Of a DNA stretch of 64,000 nt, positions 56,559 to 64,000 are shown in pieces. The translations under genes were made by a program, and so were the position numbers. The stretch is from Octopus vulgaris (lineage: Eukaryota). The stretch's first letter is position 1, and every line of letters begins with the position of its first letter. The stretch spans positions 11,160,001-11,224,000 of the forward strand of contig OX597827.1 in the NCBI GenBank assembly GCA_951406725.2, in the 5' to 3' direction. Below the pieces are notes generated by a model. The model was not told where the DNA came from, did not search any database, and was given only the letters and a program-made list of their open reading frames with translations.

Positions 56559-56609
<51 letters not shown>

Positions 56610-56868
56610 TGGGCCATTGCGCCTCCACATATATATATACATATATATCAAAACCTTTGGCAATTTTTTGTGCTCGAGAAGACACATTAAAGGCCAGTGC
56701 CAATGACACATAAAAAGCACCGATGCCAGCGACATCTAGAAAGCACCCATGCTGGTAACACAAAAAAAGGCAACCATAGAAACCAAGCCAAACCAGAATG
56801 GGGCTTGGTACAGCTCTCTGGCTTACCAGCTCCTGTCAGACCATCTAACCCATGCCAGCATGGAAATG

Positions 56869-56912
<44 letters not shown>

Positions 56913-57815
56913 GGACAGGGACACACACACACACACACATATATAAATTGTGTGTTCAATTCTCAGATCAGGCAATGCGTTGAGTTCTTGAGAAAAGCAC
57001 TTCATTTCATGTTGCTCTGCTACTGCCACTACCACCACCACCACCACCACCACCACCACCACCACCACCACCACCACAAATCTCTGTGCCACCAGGAAAT
57101 ACTAACTTCCATTGCAGCAGGTAAAAGTTGGTTACAGGGAGGGCGTCCATTTGTAGAAATTCTCCTGCAATAAATTCTGTCCGACCCATGCAAATATGCA
57201 AAAAATGGATGTAAAATCGATGCTGCTGCTTCTGCTGCTGTTGCTGCTGATGATGATGATGACGATGGTGATGGTGATGGTGATGGTGATGGTGATGATG
57301 ACAACGCCGACGACGATGACGATGAGGAGGAGGAGGGGGTTAGGAGGGGGAGGAGGAGGAAGAGGAGAAAGAGGAGGAAGAGGAAGGAGAGAAGGAGGAG
57401 GAAGAGGAGGAAGAGGAGGAGGAGGAAGAGGAAGAGGAATGTCAGAAGAATGGTACAACTGCAAACATTTGATTAGCGCTTCTACATCGGATCAAAATAA
57501 TGCATCTTGCACAGAAAAGATTGATCCTTGATAAATAAATTTCCAGCTTGGAGACACTGGCCACACTTTTTGGAGAAGGAAACATATTTTACATATTGTT
57601 TCCCTTTGATAACCAACATCAAATACTTATGGAATCTCTTTTTTAATGATAACTCAGCAAAGGATGGTAACAACTATGGCCCCAATGAAGAGAGCGTAAC
57701 ACTCAGGGATGGGTGTTAATCCTTGAAACAAAGCATATATCTTACTTACATGCCAAGATATTTACTATTTAAAAAATGTCTATGAGTACTGGATTCATGT
57801 AACCTAGTAGTAACC

Positions 57816-58219
57816 TACTCTTTTACTTGTTTCAGTCATTTAACTGCAACCATGCTGGAGCACCGCCTTTAGTCGAGCTACTCGACCCCGGGACTTATTC
57901 TTTGTAAGCCCAGTACTTATTCTATCGGTCTCTTTTGCTGAACCGCTAAGTGACGGGGACGTAAACACACCAGCATTGGTTGTCAAGCAATGCTAGGGGG
58001 ACAAACACAGACACACAAACACACACACATACATATATATATATATACATATATACGACAAGCTTCTTTCAGTTTCCGTCTACCAAATCCACTCACAAGG
58101 CATTGGTCAGCCCGGGGATATAGCAGAAGACACTTGCCCAAGATGCCACGCAGTGGGACTGAACCCGGAACCATGTGGCTGGTTAGCAAGCTACTTACCA
58201 CACAGCCACTCCTGCGCCT
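57816..58219 (-). mobile_element. SINE family 1
   Basis: Full-length copy. Confidence 0.92.
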
Positions 58220-58439
58220 GTTTACAATCGCTATCATGTACTTTATCTCTTGAGGTGAGTGCGCTTGCCATCCCATGTATTATCTTAGCTATTTTAGGTT
58301 ACGTTCAAGTCATGAGACTAGCAGCAGACCAATGACATGCGGATACTTTACATGCATAATACCAGGTTTTGAGTTGTACCACATGCAAGCTATATTTTGA
58401 ACTTGAGCAGGAATAACTTGTGCATATCATATTATTAGT

Positions 58440-58757
58440 GTAACCTCTCGAAAGAGCTGTTCTTCACTCCTGCTCCAGAGTGTCAGCTGCAGGGTCATTC
58501 CGAACAGCTCTATCTGCGACGATTTCATCTCAATCGAAGGAGAGGGGCTTTCTCCATCCGGGTTGCGGATCCGTGGAATAAGCTGCCGGACGAGATGGTG
58601 AAGATGCCGACAACCGCTCAGTTCAAAGTCTCCCTTGACCACAAGTGGCCTGAACTCTTTACATGAACACCACCCTGTACATAACTCCATGTTCCCCTAC
58701 ATGGCCTTGCTTTTTGCTTTTTGAGCCAAAAAATTAACTAACTAACTAACTAACTAT
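58440..58757 (+). mobile_element. CR1/L2-group LINE 3' end
   Basis: LQGHSEQLYLRRFHLNRRRGAFSIRVADPWNKLPDEMV..FKVSLD*; (AACT)n tail. Confidence 0.85.
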
Positions 58758-59344
58758 TATAAATAGCTTCACATAGTTCGTTTTCATAAACCGGTAGACG
58801 TAAATGTACGACACTATGTTATTGTAACGGTGAACATAAATAGACGCAAGCTTGTTAGCACTTGTGTGTTTGTGTGGTCTTGTTAGATAAAAAAAGTTGA
58901 GCAGTGTCTCACATGCTTCGAGTAATACCGGCGTCAAAGGGTTAAAATACTTTTCTGTATCCTATCTGAGTGTGTCATCTCTAATGGAACATTTTAATCA
59001 ACTAGGAACACTGGTGTGCTCTAATTAACAAAAGTTAATTAAAAACTATGGCTAATGGACATTTCATTCAGTAAGTAGGGTCATGAACATTTAACATCAA
59101 ATATTGATTTCTAATTTTTATATAAGGCCAACAGTTTTTGGGAGGTGGATAAGTTGATTACATCAACCCTAGTGCTCAATTGGTACGTATTTTGTCAACC
59201 CCGAAAGGTTGAAAGGCAAAGTCAACCTCGGCAGAATTTGAACTCAGAATGTAAAGACAGATGAAATGTTACTGCTAAGCATTTTGTTCAGCATCCTAAC
59301 AATTCTGCAACTTCACTACCTTCTTTGACTTCAAATATTAATAA

Positions 59345-59843
59345 CTAGCTGACCCCCGTGCTGTCAAAAATGACAGCTAATTGTAGTATTTTATATATAA
59401 AAATTGAATGATAAATCAAATTAATACACTTGTCAATGTTATCTAGTGTTTGTCTTTTGAGATGTGACATTGATCATCGTTTGTTATTGAAAGAACACTG
59501 GTTCACACATACAAACATTCACATACTTCCCTTGTACATGCACACACACACACACACACATATACTCACACAGAGTTGAAACGCTGTTTGATTTTTCTTT
59601 TCAGCATTAAATATTTACCATCCCACTTCCATTGCACACACACACACACACATACAAAAACATTCACATATCTCCCCTTTACATACACTCACACAGAGTT
59701 GAAATGCTCCCACAACCAGTTTGCCATCACCCCTTCCTTAGTAATTCATCTATCACCACTTCCTTCCTTGTTCATCTTTCACCCCTTCCTTTCTCATTCA
59801 TATGTTGTGACAGAGAAAAACACAAGAGTGTTATTATATCAGA
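59345..59843 (-). mobile_element. Non-autonomous Helitron-like element
   Basis: Minus strand A|TC...CTAG|T, with hairpin gctgtca/tgacagc (59360-59377) 11 nt from CTAG and no TSD. Confidence 0.7.
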
Positions 59844-59969
59844 TAGTCAGTAGTATAGAAAATGGACATTAAATGATGATGATAGCCAATCTATTCAATG
59901 TCCATTTCAGAAGGCTTTTTTTAAAAATTATAAATTATAAATTCATCAATGGAATTTGTAGTTTGTGGT

Positions 59970-60346
59970 ACCAGTGCCGGTGGCACATAAGAGAACCATC
60001 CGAATGTGGCCGTAGCCAGCACTGCATCAACTGGCCTCTGTGCTGGTGGCACGTAACAAACACCATCCGATCGTGGCTGTGCCAGCCTCGCCTGGCCTCC
60101 GTGCTGGTGGCACGTAAAAAGCACCATCCGAGCGTGGCCGTTCGCCAGCCTCGTCTGGCACCTGTGTCAGTGGCACATAAAAAGTACCCACTACACTCAC
60201 GGAGTGGTTGGCGTTAGGAAGGGCATCCAGCTGTAGAAACACCGCCAGATCTGACTGGCCTGGTGCAGCCTTTGGGCTTCCCAGACCCCAGTTGAACCGT
60301 CCAACCCATGCTAGCATGGAAAGCGGACGTTAAACGATGATGATGA
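59970..60346 (+). mobile_element. RTE-related SINE / non-autonomous element with four ~63-nt internal repeats
   Basis: gtgctggtggcacgtaaaaagcacca units, then gttggcgttaggaagggcatccagc...aacccatgctagcatgga...(GAT)n. 3' fragments also at about 21780-21895, 26680-26840 and 56690-56870. Confidence 0.75.
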
Positions 60347-60366
60347 AATTTTATAAACCAACATAC

Positions 60367-60613
60367 CTGTTGGTTGTGTCATAATGATTACAAACTGCAA
60401 ATGAAAAAAATAGCTAAGAAATTAATTTCACAACACATCAACAATAAAGTAATCTTTCTTTACCACACCTCAAAGGTATATAATTGATTGTTTCCATGTA
60501 GAGTTTGCATAGAGCTCAAGATTTACTGATAATCCACTGTTGGCTCAATAATGTGCTTTCTTCCATCTGAAGCAGTGTAATTGAGTATGGGATAGTAAAC
60601 ACAGCTGATTGTT
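60367..60613 (-). other. Probable non-coding 5'UTR exon of the protocadherin
   Basis: Very strong acceptor ttttctctcttttctttccag| and donor CAG|GTATGT around unique sequence. The coding exon starts with an acceptor 27 nt before its ATG, so upstream exon(s) are required. Confidence 0.5.
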
Positions 60614-60764
60614 CTGGAAAGAAAAGAGAGAAAATGTGTGAAAATATATCAAACATTCCAGTACAATATAAATTTCTGAAAGTATTCAATACATTTAGTT
60701 TAGAATGGGTTAATAATCCTTCTTCAGTTCTCAGGTAGTGTTAGTATTAAAAAGGAAAATGTAT

Positions 60765-61117
60765 AGTATTAAAAAGCTTGAGAGGCAGTTGGATGGAACT
60801 TACACTCGCCTCCTTATGAGAACTCAAAATCTCTCGTGGAAGCATCATCCAACCAAAGTACAAATATATGGGAAACTACCACCTGTGTCATCTCTTGTGA
60901 AAGGTAGAAGAGTCCAGTTTGCTGGACATTGTTGCAGAGCTGAAAACAAGGTCATTTCTACTCTTCTCCTCTGGAAGCCATCTGCCCGTGATACCAGAGG
61001 GTGCACACTCTCCTACCCTGATGTAACATGACCTCCGTAATACTTTGATGGACCATGAAGTCTGGCGTAACACAGTAAATTCCATTGTCTTGGCCATGGT
61101 CGAACAATGATGATGAT
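60765..61117 (+). mobile_element. RTE/RTE-X LINE 3' fragment
   Basis: LERQLDGTYTRLLMRTQNLSWKHH...RRVQFAGHCCR; ends in a (TGA)n tail. Confidence 0.8.
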
Positions 61118-61702
61118 TAAAAAGGAAGCATTTATCCAAAAAGAAAGACATCAAAAATTTCTGAAGAATTACAGAAATGATCGGTGTTTATTTTAAATGA
61201 CAAAAATAAAGCAACATAGCTGTATTCAAAGATATATCATCAGTGTCATAGGTGCAGGCATGGCTATGTGATTAATAAGCTCACATTGCGACCATGTGGT
61301 TTCAGGTTCAGTTCCAATATAAGGCACCTTGGGCAGGTATTTCCTCAAATCCTCTGCATTCAAGGCTCCGTGTTTCTGCCTGGAGCATTATACCATTCTA
61401 AAACAGGCATCCCACAATCTGCACTTTACTCTTTTTTCCAAGTAGTCATAGTAACTTTATTAACTTATTCTAACCTGTTTTTACCATGGTTTCTATACTT
61501 TCAGAGCAACCATCATTTCCTTGCTAATCACATCTCTTAGTAACAGAAGGTATCAACTACTTCTAGTGAGGCGTTTAAGAGAATCCATTTCCGGTGTGTT
61601 CAAAGTATGTACTGCAGCTTTCTCTCTCCCTTTCACCCTCTCTCTTTTCTTCCTGCCTTTCACTCTCTCTGTGAGTGAGTGTTCATATGTGTGTGTATAT
61701 AC

Positions 61703-61762
<60 letters not shown>

Positions 61763-62746
61763 CGATAGATAGATAGATAGATAAATTGATTGATTGATAT
61801 AAAAGACACATTCATACACACACACACACAGACATATATAAATGATACTAAGATACATATATATATATATTTCTTTATACGCACACATATATATACATAA
61901 ATATAGATATATAATATAAAATATATATATGTATATATATATATATACATATGTATAAATGTATATGTGTATTTTATTCATATATAAATATATATATATA
62001 TATGTTTATATGTATATTTTACACTGTACATCATAAATTCACACCTAATTTCTAACTTTTACAAATATTTTCTGTAGTATAAGAAACAAAAGCCAGAACT
62101 ACAAAATTTATGTTAACATACAGAACACAAGGAAAATATATTTAATATATATTATATTTCATTTAAGAAAGGTGTTGAAAATGTCTAGCAACTTTTTTTA
62201 ATAACACCATATAAGATGAAGAATTTAATTTTCTATTTCAACTATACATCAGGTGACAGCTCAGATATTGTGGTTTATGTGTGTTGTTTTAATTTGAGCT
62301 TCTTTGTTGTTGTTGTTGTTGTTGTTATTTGGTGGTGGTGGTGGTGTTGGTAGTAGTAGTGGTGGTGTTGAACTCTGGGTGAGCCTGTCTTAAAAGAATT
62401 TATTTCTTAGAGATATTCGACTGCTATTGGTAGTTTATTCACGTGAAATTGTGAGCTAGCAGAATTGTTAGTATGCCAGACAAAATGCTCAGCATGATAA
62501 CCTCCACTTCCTTAAATTCTGAGCTCAAATACCACTGAGGTCGACTTTGTCTCTCATCCTTTTGTTGGGGGTCAATCAAAAATAAGATACCAGTTAAGCA
62601 CCAGAATTGATGTACTCAACATCAAAATAACTTCAAAATAACTGGCCTTGTGTCAAAATTAGAAAGAGTTGATAACTTACTATTATAAGCAGAGATATTA
62701 AGGTGGTGAGCTGGCATAATCATTAGCATAACTTACTGTTATAAGC

Positions 62747-63052
62747 GTGGAGGCACATGGCCTAGTGGTTAGAGCAACAGACTTGCGGTCAAGGGATTGC
62801 GGGTTTGAATCTCAGACCGGGTGATGTGTGTGTTTATGAGTGAAACACCTAAGCTCCAAGCGGCTCTGGCAGAAGGTAATGGCGAAACTTCTGCTGACTC
62901 TTTCGCCACAACTTTCTCTCACTCTTTCCTCCTGCATCTTGCAGCTCACCTGCGACGGACCAGTGTCCCGTCCAGGTGGGGAACCTATACGCCAAGGAAA
63001 CCGGAAAACCGGCCCTATGAGCCAGGCATGGCTCGAGAAGAAACAAACAACA
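62747..63052 (+). mobile_element. tRNA-derived SINE family 3 (OR1/OR2-like) with 12-bp TSD
   Basis: A box tggcctagtgg, B box ggtttgaatc, (AAC) tail, TSD actgttataagc at 62735-62746 and 63053-63064. The family name is from memory. Confidence 0.85.
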
Positions 63053-63329
63053 ACTGTTATAAGCAAAGATATAAGGCAGCAAGCAGGCACAATCGTTAGC
63101 ATGCTGGACGAAATGCTTAGTAGTATTTCACCCATCGCTGTGTTCTGAGTTCAAATTCCACAGAGGTTGACTTTGCCTTTCATTCTTTTGGGGTTGATAA
63201 ATTAAGTACCAGTGAAACACTGGGGTCGATGTAATCGACTCCCCTCTCCAAAACTGCTGTCTTTGTGACAAAATTCAAAACCATTGTAAGCAAAGATATT
63301 TCAAAATATTTGTCATAGACACAAATCTG

Positions 63330-64000
63330 GCAGTGTGGTAAGAAGCTTACTTCCCAACCACTTGTTTCAGGGTTCAGTCCCACTGCATGTCATCTTGCAC
63401 AAGTGTCTTCTATTATTAACTTCGAGCTGACCAAAGCCTTGTGAGTGGATTTTGTACATGGAAACTGAAAGAAGCCCATTGAATATATGTATATATCTAT
63501 GTCTTTGTGTCTGTGTTTGTCTCCCCACCACCACCACCACTACCACCCCTGTTTGACAAGTGGTGTTTGAGTGTTTATGTCCCTGTAACTTAGCAGTTCA
63601 GCAAAAGATATTGAAAGAATGAATACCATACTTATAAAAAAATTATGTACTGGGGTTTGATACATTCAACTAAAAGAAATTCCTAAAGGTGGTGCCCCAG
63701 CATGGCCACAGTCTAAGGAGTGAAACAAGAAAAAACAAAAAAACAAATAGATAAATAATTCATAGGCGCAGGAGTGGCTGTGTGGTAAGTAGCTTGCTAA
63801 CCAACCACATGGTTCCGGGTTCAGTCCCACTGCGTGGTATCTTGGGCAAGTGTCTTCTGCTATAGCCCCGGGCTGACCAATGCCTTGTGAGTGGATTTGG
63901 TAGATGGAAACTGAAAGAAGCCGTCATATATATGTATATATATATGTATGTGTGTTTGTGTGTCTGTGTTTGTCCCCCTAGCATTACTTGACAACCGGTG
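63330..64000 (+). mobile_element. Two SINE family 1 copies (second runs off the window)
   Basis: Heads at about 63330 and 63765. Further decayed copies lie at about 22800-23172(+), 24910-25380(-) and 49505-50440(-). Confidence 0.88.

Noticed and set aside
57716-58945. piggyBac-like element ending aaagggTTAA
   Set aside because: The right end fits, but the putative left end (ttaatccttg) matches too poorly to support a TIR pair.
59974-60190. CRISPR-like repeat/spacer appearance
   Set aside because: The spacers are homologous to each other, the context is eukaryotic, and there are no cas genes.
12067-63984. Recurrent ORFs such as [29 protein letters not shown]
   Set aside because: Antisense translations of SINE family 1, not a protein family.

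Overview
Eukaryotic, AT-rich, microsatellite-saturated DNA. The repeat families and the gene point to an octopus/coleoid cephalopod (inferred, not proven). There is one convincing gene: a minus-strand protocadherin whose signal peptide, six cadherin repeats, TM helix and start of the cytoplasmic tail lie in one 2.4-kb exon (53661-56081). It has a phase-compatible downstream coding exon (39859-40015), a probable 5'UTR exon (60367-60613) and several candidate alternative 3' exons. The rest is simple repeats, at least four SINE families, decayed RTE and CR1 LINE pieces, a mariner relic, Tc1/mariner- and hAT-type MITEs and a Helitron-like element. Almost every other ORF in the track is a microsatellite or SINE artefact. 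The most interesting non-coding signals are: a set of type-I hammerhead ribozyme motifs (one in a 258-bp TSD-flanked retrozyme-like element, two forming a 168-bp palindrome, others in Penelope-like ends), a pre-miRNA-like hairpin and a perfect 52-bp stem in the protocadherin intron, and a tandem pseudoknot array in an RTE-related SINE. All calls were made by eye, so repeat boundaries are approximate.
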